The position numbers and the translations under genes are program-made. From Paramoeba atlantica (lineage: Eukaryota > Protista > Discosea): a stretch of 64,000 nucleotides of DNA. The DNA lies in NCBI GenBank assembly GCA_977017575.1, contig CDRNVI010000021.1:496001-560000 (forward strand), read 5' to 3'. Positions 21,751 to 31,433 of this stretch are shown one piece after another (position 1 is the first letter of the stretch; the number at the start of each line of letters is the position of its first letter). The notes below the pieces were generated by a model. It did not search any database, was not told where the DNA came from, and saw only the letters and a list, made by a program, of their open reading frames with translations.

Positions 21751-23135
21751 TCAAATGTCATCTAAGGAATCCTCCGTCATGATACAATCGCTTTCCTGTG
21801 CACTACTCTCTGAATCACTAGAGCTACATTCTTCAAAAGATAGATATCCCAATTTCTCACAATTGGCTCTTATGAATATTTGATTTGAGATTACTGCGGG
21901 AGAAATCGAAGCCTGGCGAGAGTTGAACATATAGGCAAGAATGGATAAGATAGAATCGCACTTCGTCACAACAACTGGGATCCATAGGTAATGTCGTGCT
22001 GCGACAAACACCTTCGGGAAATACACTCTTCCGATGGTACACCACCATTCGTATTCATTTTTGATCCCACTCATAATCCTCACATTCCATATATTCCTTC
22101 CATTCCTGCTCCGATATCGAAAACAATGGCTCTTCACTAAGTCTGTCATCAAACAAATTATTGGCTTGTGCAACTGAAATGGGTTCTTGCTCGCATGGAC
22201 GCCCAAACTGAGACCCGACACAACCGATTGACACCAAGCTCTATATTTTCCAGATCATTGTCACCGACAAGAGACATACGATCTTAGATCGTCTTTAGGA
22301 ATCCCTCACAATGAACACAGGCAACGTAATTTACCGTAGAACCGTCCACCATTAAAAATTTGAGCTTGAGAAGTCGTTCTTCCCCCAAGTTGCTAGATAA
22401 ACAGTCCATAAGCTCTCTGGCCATGGCATAGCCATCATACGCCTTGTGTTTTGTGGAATAAATAGGAGGGAGAACATACTCGTGACGTTCCACGTAAAGC
22501 ACTACGTATCATTATGTGCTCAGCTTTTAAACGGTCAATACCCGTGTCTACAGCCAATCCAAAATAGGAGTACGTGTCAATGTCGGAGCACAAAATTTTC
22601 CATAATTCGTCCGCCAATCTAGCGGTAAGTGCATGCATTTCATGGAGAGCTTTGGGCCGCGCCTGCAAAAGCATTTCTGATGAGACTTTCTCATCAGACT
22701 TTCATACATATTTAAAAACCATATGTATCTACTTCCAGGAAGGTTTGTCATCGCGTATAAGCATGGTAAAACGTTTGTATTAAAATGCGTAACTTTATCC
22801 ATGTACTGTGCATGGTCGCAGAGATCTGAAGTTCGCTCAGAAGAAATTTTATCCTGACAAACACGACGATGCTCCAGATAATGATTTTTGTACTTGCCGT
22901 GCGAGGACCATTTACAGTGCTTGCACTCGTAGTGCTGCTCAAAGCCGTTGGCATTTAACGGTATGCCTTCGTGAGAGTACATACAATCTGATGCACATCG
23001 CATGAGAGAGAAGTCTTGTGGGAAGGCACCTTCCGTCATGAATTTTCGCCCGGACAATCGTCTCCGACCTGGATCCGGAGATCGGTCTTGACTTGAGTCC
23101 ATGTTCGTCGGAGGAGGCGAAGAGTGTTCCATCAA
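21751..23135 (-). pseudogene. hAT-like transposase pseudogene
   Basis: In order: BED-finger-like YECKHCKWSSHGKYKNHYLEHRRVC; YFGLAVDTG (first Asp); FLMVDGSTVN (second Asp); hATC-like WWCTIGRVYFPKVFVAARHYLWIP...ILSILAYMFNSRQASIS...IFIRAN. The pieces are in different frames. Confidence 0.7.
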
Positions 23136-24205
23136 ATAAGATTTGGCTAAGAAATAGGTTTCGAAGCTTCAAGTAATAAAAAAATTAAAGAAAACTGTAC
23201 ATACAGTACATGTATGATTGCAAAACCAACATCACTGATGAATTAGCATATATCCCAAAAGTTTTTGATAAGATTTTTTAAATAATCAGCATGAAGATTT
23301 GAGTATACATTGATTTGAGTGTATATTGATGTATTGAATGAAGATTTGAGTGTATATTACGGCTGTTACGTGGGTCCGGACCCAGGTCCGTGGGTCCCTG
23401 GGTCCGGGGACCCGGGTTCGGACCCACGGACCCATAAAAGGTATGGATTTTATTGCGCTTCCGGAAACCATATTCCAAGCCGCATTGGCTACTTGCACCA
23501 TACAGTGCAGTATTCCAGGAAGGAATGTATTGCAGAGGCGAATCGCTTTTTTCAGCTTCCAGTTGTATCAGATCCGCGTAGTTAATTTTAAACATTTTAA
23601 TAATGCTGAGATCTGTGGGTTGTCAAATGTGGGTCATACCGGGAGGGCCAAAACGAACCTCGCCTCCAGTATAGACGTCGCCGCACATATTTTCCAAAAT
23701 AGATGGAAGGTTGAGATGTCCCAAAAATCGGTTTAAAATCCAGAATACGTTTCCCGGCATTATGCTGGCCATGTGGCGAAGAGCCTGACAGCAAACGCGA
23801 GCATCCGCCCAAGCATTCTCCTGTAAGGGTTTCTCGATTTAGGATTTGGTGTCCCTTTAAGCACAAACTGGAGAGGAAGCTTTTCTCCGGCCATAGATGT
23901 GCCGACGAGTATCGTGACACGCGCTTTGGATCCTAAGTTACATAATGCGAAGGGGGAAGCGGAATTCTTTTTCGTATGTCAATGTTCAATTACGGATTCT
24001 GAGAATAGTGACGACCACTTTGGAATAAATATGATCATATTTTACATGTATTGTAGCACCAATCATCATTTAGCGCCTTTTAGAATGATGCATAATACAC
24101 TTACAGTGTATTTACCTTGAAGTTAAATCTTTATGTAACTTTGAGCGCACCAAAATACATAAAAATATCATATTCCGTCATTTTTTTCCTTTGAAATAAC
24201 GAATA

Positions 24206-25180
24206 ATGGTCATACCAGCTAAAGGAAAGATTCTAGCTCTTTCTGTGGGCGTCATCCTCACCTACTTCAAATACTTATATACAAAAATTCAAAAATATAA
24301 GAGCGAACGTGATATGCTGTGCAAAAAATATCCTCCGTCTTCCTCCATGAGTACTCCCACTCCGAAAAGCCAAGTTGCCATTATAGACGACAATATTTCT
24401 ATCCGTCTGCCTATACTACCTGCGCTTGTGGCTTTTCTCCTTCCTCTCTTTATTGGGTTAATGTGCGTAAAAACCTTTTCTCACGTTCAAATTTCTCATG
24501 TAATTAACATATTCCGAAATGTTCAGCACCCTACTACATTTCAAGGAGCAGGAGAAATCACTACCCACCTGCGCGCACTATCCGCAGCATATCCAACTAG
24601 CGTATTGAGTGTCTTAGTTCTCATTTATGCTTTTTTGCAAACTCTGTGTATTCCAGGCACTCTTGTTATCAATGTTGTGTGCGGTGCTCTCTACGGTCCT
24701 TGGATTGCATTTCCCATATGTGTATTAGCTGGTACTTTGGGTGCATGCAGCGGTTATGGGCTATCTCGGATCGTGGGATACCCTTTAATTCACTCTCTGG
24801 ATCAGTTCTTCACGAATGGTTCGTATCTTCCGTTGTTTAGACAGAAATTAAATGAACACCGTCGCCACCAATTCATTTACTTAATGTTTTTAAGAATATC
24901 ACCTTTGCTTCCAAATTGGTTTATCAACTTGGCTTCTCCCATTGTAGGTGTTCCACTTCGTCCTTATATTTTGTCCACTTTCTTGGGAATCATACCACAA
25001 AGTCTTCTTGTTGTCCGAGTCGGGTCTTTATTGGCCGACTTTGCAATTGGTCAAGCCGAAAATGGAGTCTATGGGACAAAGCCTCTCGTAGGTCTACATG
25101 AATGGGTAACTCTGGTTGTGCTGGGAATTTTTATTCTAGCGTTCATTATTTTACGACGTAACGCAGAGCGCAGAGCATAA
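24206..25180 (+). CDS. TMEM41: TMEM41/VMP1-family (VTT / SNARE-associated domain) membrane protein
   Basis: FLQTLCIPGTLVINVVCGALYG and YLMFLRISPLLPNWFINLASPIVGVP are TMEM41-type motifs. Confidence 0.85.
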   Translation: MVIPAKGKILALSVGVILTYFKYLYTKIQKYKSERDMLCKKYPPSSSMSTPTPKSQVAIIDDNISIRLPILPALVAFLLPLFIGLMCVKTFSHVQISHVINIFRNVQHPTTFQGAGEITTHLRALSAAYPTSVLSVLVLIYAFLQTLCIPGTLVINVVCGALYGPWIAFPICVLAGTLGACSGYGLSRIVGYPLIHSLDQFFTNGSYLPLFRQKLNEHRRHQFIYLMFLRISPLLPNWFINLASPIVGVPLRPYILSTFLGIIPQSLLVVRVGSLLADFAIGQAENGVYGTKPLVGLHEWVTLVVLGIFILAFIILRRNAERRA

Positions 25181-25321
25181 TTTTCTTTACGATTTTCTCC
25201 TTTTTCGGTGCTTGAATTTTTCTTTGTTTTACTTTCTCTTTCATATTATTTTTTATCTGCGATGCATACATTTACACTGATTATCATATTTTTTATCTAG
25301 ATAATAAGAGATGTCAACCCA

Positions 25322-27334
25322 ATGATTTGCCGACTGTGCAACAATGATGCAGTGAAGGTTCCCATTTGTCCGAAAGAGCATGTCTTACATTCGCTACTTC
25401 CACGAAGTGTGATAAAAGATTCTTTTGTCAACACAAAAAATCCGTCTCTAAGAAATGCACAAGCATCTACATGTAATCCGCACGGAGTAGAACAGAATAA
25501 TATTGCTGTCCGTCAAGCAGAGTCTAAAATACAATCTCTTGTACACCGTTCACATATAATTTCCTATGCTCTTATTCAAGTCAGAGATGAATCTGAAAGG
25601 CAGAGTCTTCAAAATCGAGTAAGAGCATTGGATTCGAAGGTCAAAGAGGACATTACAAAGTGGAATCAGTTTGGTGTGGAGGATATAATATCAAAGAAGG
25701 AGAAAACACCCTTGACTAGAGACAGTGTGCGCGCTACGCAACGTCCAACAGCTACATTGGCTAAAATACAAGCGAGTACACACTTGCATGATAAATCTAG
25801 TCATACGTCCTGCGACAGCCGAATTCAAAATAAAGTTACATTAGATAATGACGATGGAACTGAAAAAAATATAGAGCTAAAAGAATATAGATCGAAACCA
25901 GGCCACGTTGAATCTAGTTTTGGCGATAGACAGAAGAAAGGCGCTTCTTTTCCTTCCAATTCCAGTAAAAAGCCTGAAATCGCTAAAAAGGGAAAATCCT
26001 TTTCTCCTATTAGGCATCGAGGCAAGTCAATATCTCCTTCGCCAGAGAATCGTCATCATAAACATACTACGAATGCGAAATCTGATGACCTAGACGGTTA
26101 TAGAAGTTTGTCCGTTTCATCAGAAGACAGCTATGAATATTATGAGAAGAAAGTGTATCGAAAAGCATTAAGAAAAGCTAATCTCGGTGTTCTAGATGTC
26201 TTGGGCGCGGAACGAGACAGCCTTCTCGTAAAAGAACGTATGCTTCAAAGAGCTAAGCGCTTTGGAACGTCAAATCTGGAGGAAAATGTAAACAAGCATG
26301 TTGATGAACAAAAGAGACCAGATCAAATGGTATACAAAATTGCGACAGAATCATGTCCTGTAATAGGAAAAAGTACCGCCCTGGAAAAGACTTACACTCG
26401 TTTACAAGGACGCAGCGATCCTAATTATGTTCGTTCAGAAACTGTTCTGCGTAAATCCTTCGAATACGTACAGGAACGCGCGAAGCTAAAACCTACACTG
26501 GAAGAATCTTTAAAATATCTAGGTGAACAGTACAAATCTATTCGACAAGATCTTGTGATACAACATGTTGAAAATATATTTACGATTGAGGTTCTGGAAG
26601 CGCATGCCCGGCTGACTCTTGAGCTTGGAGATCTTCTAGAATTCAACCAATTGCAAGGTCGCATACAAGCTCTACACCGTTTACCATGTTGCTCTGCGCG
26701 TGAAACACGATACGAGTTTGGCGCACTTCATCTCATATATTGTGCTTTAATGGGTAATGCCGGCGGTATTGCCGCAGAATTCACTGCCTTAACCTTGAAA
26801 GATATGGGTCGTACGGAGATACAACATGCAGAGTGCGTTGTACGCGCCGCGGCGACAGAAAACGTGTTTAAGCTTATTCAGTTGTATTACAGTGCCCCGA
26901 GTAGGTACACTCAACTTTTACTGCGACGCTTGTTTCAGGAAAAGCGCACCAATTGGTTATTGCAGTTTTTACAATCAAGAGCTCCGAAATCAAAAATTAA
27001 ATTGTCCCAAATAAGTAGAGCGTTGGGGTTTGATGTAGAAAATGATGACACATTAATCCAAGAAGAGTCAGGGATGAAAAAAGCTTCTCTCTCAACTCGG
27101 TGTATAACGAGCAAACATGTATCTTCCAGCGAAAGCAGTGCGGTAGCTGACTTTCTAGCGAAGTTAAGCATTAGCACAAATACTGATTCTGAGCCTCTTC
27201 ACTTTTCTGATGCAAACTTCCAAGACCGTACTCTAGAGTGCTCTATAGCGGTGCGCCAGATCACGGAGCATATTAAATTTATTCATACTAGAGAGGACGC
27301 TCAACACGCGCAACGCTCTGTTTCTACTCTGTAA
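25322..27334 (+). CDS. SAC3/GANP-domain protein, THP3/LENG8-like
   Basis: IGKSTALEKTYTRL, EQYKSIRQDLVIQH and EAHARLTLELGDLLEFNQLQ follow the LENG8/Thp3 pattern. Confidence 0.82.
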   Translation: MICRLCNNDAVKVPICPKEHVLHSLLPRSVIKDSFVNTKNPSLRNAQASTCNPHGVEQNNIAVRQAESKIQSLVHRSHIISYALIQVRDESERQSLQNRVRALDSKVKEDITKWNQFGVEDIISKKEKTPLTRDSVRATQRPTATLAKIQASTHLHDKSSHTSCDSRIQNKVTLDNDDGTEKNIELKEYRSKPGHVESSFGDRQKKGASFPSNSSKKPEIAKKGKSFSPIRHRGKSISPSPENRHHKHTTNAKSDDLDGYRSLSVSSEDSYEYYEKKVYRKALRKANLGVLDVLGAERDSLLVKERMLQRAKRFGTSNLEENVNKHVDEQKRPDQMVYKIATESCPVIGKSTALEKTYTRLQGRSDPNYVRSETVLRKSFEYVQERAKLKPTLEESLKYLGEQYKSIRQDLVIQHVENIFTIEVLEAHARLTLELGDLLEFNQLQGRIQALHRLPCCSARETRYEFGALHLIYCALMGNAGGIAAEFTALTLKDMGRTEIQHAECVVRAAATENVFKLIQLYYSAPSRYTQLLLRRLFQEKRTNWLLQFLQSRAPKSKIKLSQISRALGFDVENDDTLIQEESGMKKASLSTRCITSKHVSSSESSAVADFLAKLSISTNTDSEPLHFSDANFQDRTLECSIAVRQITEHIKFIHTREDAQHAQRSVSTL

Positions 27335-27545
27335 CATTTTCGTAGATGAACATGAAACAAATGAATCATCAACGAGAAATGATGAATACAATGTAAATAA
27401 TCTAAGAAACAACTATTATTTAGGCACAAAAGGCTTTACTTTTAGCCATTGTTTAAATTTCAAGGATGCATCATGCTAGCACAAGGGCACTTTGTTTACA
27501 TGTGTTACATTTTTTTCAGAACAACACCCAGATTAAAAAGGAGTG

Positions 27546-27582
27546 AAAAATGAATGGTTTTAATTTAAAACCATTCATTTTT
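27546..27582. repeat. Perfect 17-bp inverted repeat with a 3-nt loop
   Basis: AAAAATGAATGGTTTTA-ATT-TAAAACCATTCATTTTT. Confidence 0.85.
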
Positions 27583-27708
27583 AATATAGTATAATTTAAA
27601 CTTTTAAAGCAAAACCTGTACTCCATTATTCGACATATAAATTACACAATCAACACATCTAAAGTCTTATTTTGTTTTTTATCAAATTGATTATTTTAGT
27701 AATACTTG

Positions 27709-28266
27709 AAAATGGGAAGAGAAAACGCTAAGAGAGCTTATCGTAATTCGAGGCGTCGGATCCGTCTTTATTTGATTATTACGGCGGTAATAAATATTTT
27801 TTGGCTTTTGGTATCAGGAACGCTGCGCGTAAACCTTTCCGGACTTCGCAATATTTCGGTATGGTTTCCATTGTTTTTGTGGTTGCTGCAGCAATTGACG
27901 ATGATATGGTTTTTATACAAAGCTGTATCTCCGAGCTTTGACGAGTATAACAATCTTCTAGACAGTCAGGACATTACAAACGCTCAAGTACTTGGTCTGT
28001 ACAGCTATGCGCAGGACTTTCTTTGGTTATGTTGGGTGATACAAGCAGGAAGCTTATACTCGTCCCGATTTTATATTATTTATGGGTTTATGGCGATCTA
28101 CGTAGTGTATCGAGTTCTCACTCTTTTAGGTACGTTTATTTGGGCCTGGCTGGGCACTGGATCTCATGAAACATCCGAGTCAACGTCCAACGCATCACGC
28201 AATGCTCCTCGTTCGTCGCGCACTATTGCACAGCGCCGAGCAGAAGCAGGTCGAAGAAGATTTTAG
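27709..28266 (+). CDS. TMEM208: TMEM208/SND2 (DUF788) ER membrane protein
   Basis: Three TM segments plus the D.....GL.SY.QD...L....Q...L.S..F pattern; basic C-terminus. Confidence 0.7.
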   Translation, partial: KMGRENAKRAYRNSRRRIRLYLIITAVINIFWLLVSGTLRVNLSGLRNISVWFPLFLWLLQQLTMIWFLYKAVSPSFDEYNNLLDSQDITNAQVLGLYSYAQDFLWLCWVIQAGSLYSSRFYIIYGFMAIYVVYRVLTLLGTFIWAWLGTGSHETSESTSNASRNAPRSSRTIAQRRAEAGRRRF

Positions 28267-28442
28267 AGGCTTTTTATTTTTTAGAAAACAGATTAGAGTG
28301 AGAGTGACCATAAATATATGGTCGTATGTTTCGAAACCAAGCATAGAAAGTAAGAAGCCATCATGTTCTTCGCGCTCAACTACAGCGCAGATTGATATCA
28401 ACGTTAGCAATCGTAGAAAACAATTACTCGCTTTCTAGCATA

Positions 28443-28804
28443 CAGGGCGGAAAAAAAGTTATGTCAACAAAAGTCGAGGCAACAAAAGTTGTGTCAACAA
28501 AGTCGTGTTAATGCGAAACGTGGTGAGGAACAAAAGACTTTTGTTTTTTATCATACTTTTAAAGTATGCTAAAAAATAGAATAGTTCTCTATTTTTGGTA
28601 AAATGGGTGCATATTCGCTCTTTTCCCTTGAAACGAAGGTGACTTGGCCATCGAGAGTGCGGTTTCAGGGGTATTACATGACGCTCTGGCACTGCCATCT
28701 CACTTATGGGGGGGAAATAGTTCTGGCCACATAAGTTGTGTGAACTAAAGTCGTGTTAATCCCAGAAATTAACACGACTTTTGTTGACACAACATAATCC
28801 CCCC
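28443..28804. mobile_element. MITE-like / foldback relic with repeated GTTGTGTCAACAAAAGTCGTGTTAAT motifs
   Basis: Starts TA|CAGGGCGG and ends CCCCCC|TA. Motif copies at 28458 (partial), 28488 and 28735, inverted at 28768-28793. 28735-28793 forms a hairpin with 24/26 paired arms. The outermost ends do not pair well. Confidence 0.55.
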
Positions 28805-28893
28805 TATCTTCTAGCACATTGGATTGCATCGAAATTACATAAGATTTCGAAAACGAATCAATAATTTTTTTTACATTGGTAGATCCCTAGCTG

Positions 28894-30060
28894 ATGAATG
28901 CAGAATACCGACGTTTGATGAGTGAAAAATACTCTAAGCTCACAAAAGAAGAGAAGCCGCACATTCAAATATGCGATCTGTGTCAACAACCTTTGTACAA
29001 GGAGAAAGTTTGTTCGGAGTCTGGTTTATTTCACACAAAAACGAACCAGAACACAAGAGAGATTTGTGGAATCGCTGTCGACAAAGATCAACGTTGCATA
29101 ACAGGGGCGCAGCTTACTGAGTTTATGAAAATACTTCGCATTAAGTGGGAACCTGCGCGCATACAGAAGGTAAAAATTGATCAAGATGCCATATCCATGT
29201 TTCAAAGTTTTGCAACTTTGCGGTCTTGGAGGCTTCATCGCATCGGAGTGCTCTATGGAAAAATATGCGAAAATGACACAGCCATAGAAATACACGGCAT
29301 ATATGAACCTGAACAAGAGAATACAGAAATTTCTACAAAATTATCTGCAGATTCTCGAACATGTCAGGTTGACACAATTGCCTCGCTCTTTGGTCTTCAA
29401 CGATTGGGCATTATTATCGCGCATGGCTTTCGAGAAAAATCAGAGGTCGTAATGACTGCTGAGGAGACACTTTTAGGATTGAAAGAAAGCTCCCGGTTCG
29501 GAGACTTATGTATCGTAGTGACAGTTTCTCCCAAAAAAGATTCGGCAGAGTGTGAAGTAGAAGTATGGCAAGCTTCACAGCAAGGCGTTCATTTGTATCG
29601 TTTGGGTTACTTCCACTGTTCGAATCAATCGACGGGTTTGATACATAGCAGTAAACCTTTAGAGGTAGCGGAGGCTCAAAAATCTGGTTCGGGAAGGCCT
29701 TCTATGGTTTCTAAAGCTCCTAGTCATGAAATTGATTGTCGTTGGTTAATTTCCCCAGTGGCTGTAGAACCTTTTCATTCGTCTCTATTTCGAAACCGAT
29801 TCGTACGCATATCACGCCCTGGGGAAGAGAGTCCCACTATACTTCACCTCGCACGGTGTTTCGCTGATCAGAAATATCGTGACAAACCGTTTCTTTACAA
29901 GGTAGCTGATTTTCATATTCTCATATTTCTTGCGGAATTCATTCTAGATCTGAAAAACGATATACCTGTGTTAGTAAATGCTATTCTAACGAAAGACTCT
30001 GTTGCAGCCTCCGGCATCGAATATCTAATCAAAGCATATTTAGAGAACGTGTCGCTTTAA
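28894..30060 (+). CDS. NPL4: NPL4-family (MPN-like) Cdc48/p97 cofactor
   Basis: HRIGVLYG, IHGIYEPEQE, GLQRLGIIIAH and KVADFHILIFL match the NPL4 core. Confidence 0.82.
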   Translation: MNAEYRRLMSEKYSKLTKEEKPHIQICDLCQQPLYKEKVCSESGLFHTKTNQNTREICGIAVDKDQRCITGAQLTEFMKILRIKWEPARIQKVKIDQDAISMFQSFATLRSWRLHRIGVLYGKICENDTAIEIHGIYEPEQENTEISTKLSADSRTCQVDTIASLFGLQRLGIIIAHGFREKSEVVMTAEETLLGLKESSRFGDLCIVVTVSPKKDSAECEVEVWQASQQGVHLYRLGYFHCSNQSTGLIHSSKPLEVAEAQKSGSGRPSMVSKAPSHEIDCRWLISPVAVEPFHSSLFRNRFVRISRPGEESPTILHLARCFADQKYRDKPFLYKVADFHILIFLAEFILDLKNDIPVLVNAILTKDSVAASGIEYLIKAYLENVSL

Positions 30061-30380
30061 ATCATATAAACTTTCAAAAACATTCCGAATCGTCTTTCTC
30101 CTGTATTGTCATACCGGATCAGAGAGGTAGCCTTCTCGCTTAATGAAAACCACGGCTTCCATTTCTATGCCACTTTCATTCAAATAACATCTCTTCTATC
30201 AGCATGTCTCGGATAGAACGCAACACTCCACCTCCATTATATTCCATCCTTCACCCTATAATTATTCATAAATAATATATAGGGGAAAGGATTTATAATT
30301 AGTTATTAGAGGGGGGAAACAATTGTTTTCACCCCATACTTTTCCTTTTCCCTTACCACTCTTTCTCCTCCCCTTCCTCC

Positions 30381-31103
30381 ATGCGTTCCCTCCTCCAACG
30401 TTCCCCCAAATTCCCCACCCGCCTCCTCTACCCCCTTACACCCCTCACCCCCCTCACGCGCACTGCCCTCCCCTCCCCCCTCACCCGACCCTACTGCACC
30501 CCCTCCTCCCCCCCTCCCCCCTCCCCCTCCCCCCCCACCGACCTCTGCAAAGTCCTCGACAAGGAGCTCACGGACGAGCAGGCCATCGACCGCAGCCCCC
30601 CACCTCCCCTCCCCGATGGCTGGACCCTCCAGCTCCACCCCGGCAAGAGCTTCTTCACCATGTCCCACCCCGCGGCCAGCCCCGCGGAGGCCACGCTCGA
30701 GGTCTTCTGCGCCCTCCCGAAGGGGAACCCGGACGCGGGGAACACGGAGGAGCCCGTGGAGCAGTACCCGTTTGTGCTGCGCGCGCTGCGGCACCAGCGC
30801 ACCGTGGAGTTCTCCATGCTCTCCGTGGAGAACGAGCTCGTGGTGGACAACATTGTGGTCTACCCCAGCGCCCGGGGGATTACGGATTTCTTATCCGCCC
30901 AGACGTGCCGGGAACTGGAGAGTCACTACCAGGGCCCCACGTTGGCGCACCTGGATGAGGCCGTGATTACCGTGTTGCATAGTTACTTGGAGGGGAAAGG
31001 GGTGACGGATAAGTTTGCGGTGTTTATTAAGGAGCAGTGTGAGTATATTGAGCAAGGGGAGTATGAGCGGTGGTTGCGGGATTTTAAAACGTTTGCGGAG
31101 TGA
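30381..31103 (+). CDS. Mitochondrial acidic matrix protein, MAM33/p32/p22 family
   Basis: C-terminal YQGPTLAHLDEAV...YLEGKGVTDKFAVFIKEQCEYIEQGEYERWLRDFKTF matches the MAM33 signature Y.GP.F..LD..L...l..yL..rG......f.....E..EY..WL. Confidence 0.85.
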   Translation: MRSLLQRSPKFPTRLLYPLTPLTPLTRTALPSPLTRPYCTPSSPPPPSPSPPTDLCKVLDKELTDEQAIDRSPPPPLPDGWTLQLHPGKSFFTMSHPAASPAEATLEVFCALPKGNPDAGNTEEPVEQYPFVLRALRHQRTVEFSMLSVENELVVDNIVVYPSARGITDFLSAQTCRELESHYQGPTLAHLDEAVITVLHSYLEGKGVTDKFAVFIKEQCEYIEQGEYERWLRDFKTFAE

Positions 31104-31433
31104 GGGGGGAATAGAGGGGTGGGGGGAAAGTAGAGTTTTATGTGAAGCGTTAAGGTGTATTCTTGTGGAGGTAACACATACAGGTGTAGGAGGTGGTCTG
31201 TTTGGAGTTTGATTCTTGTATAAGAAAAATCTTAAGGAATGGGCTTACGCAACTTTTCTTTGGAATAAGTAGGGAGACATTTCGTACTAGTCTACTATAG
31301 ATTGTGACTTTTGTTCTATTTGATTAAAAGATTCAAGCTTTTAGGCGCATTTATTTAAATTGTTGCAGTTTGTTTGTATGGTAAAAGAATTGTGGTAGTG
31401 AACGGTATTCAAACTAATCCCCTTAACTTAAGA

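Larger units (their letters stand above)
19317..23445 (-). mobile_element. hAT-like DNA transposon (about 2.6 kb after removing the nested Tc1), with a decayed transposase
   Basis: Terminal inverted repeat CATACCTTT...AAAGGTATG, followed at both ends by dense GGGTCC/GGACCC subterminal arrays (about 19328-19390 and 23370-23434). Flanks are GACTTTA (19310-19316) and GATTTTA (23446-23452). Confidence 0.75.
19081..23945 (-). pseudogene. pogo/Tigger-like DDE_1 transposase relic, split by the hAT-like insertion (pieces about 23446-23945 and 19081-19316)
   Basis: Minus strand reads GSKARVTILVGTSMAGEKLPLQFVLKG, then PPGMTHI*QPTDLSIIKMFKINY (DDE_1 PPntT..lQPlD.gii..fK..Y), then CMVQVANAAWNMVSGSAIKS. 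Across the hAT empty site this joins in frame to CWESDEYY...acidic tail (the aW..v....I..cW motif). Frameshifts and stops are present; its own TIRs were not found. Confidence 0.72.

Noticed and set aside
19888-23625. In-frame TGA codons in the Tc1 (19888-19890) and pogo (23623-23625) transposases as evidence of UGA recoding
   Set aside because: Host genes use TGA as a normal stop (for example gamma-tubulin, PEX5, SLU7), both transposases also have frameshifts, and the two TGAs replace different residues (Trp and probably Leu).
18940-24180. Terminal inverted repeats for the pogo-like element
   Set aside because: Only a short TACATGTATT match was seen between about 18950 and about 24045; not convincing enough to define ends.
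30306-30966. Several overlapping Pro- or Gly-rich ORFs around the MAM33 gene
   Set aside because: Same compositional artefact; only 30381..31103 has a family signature.
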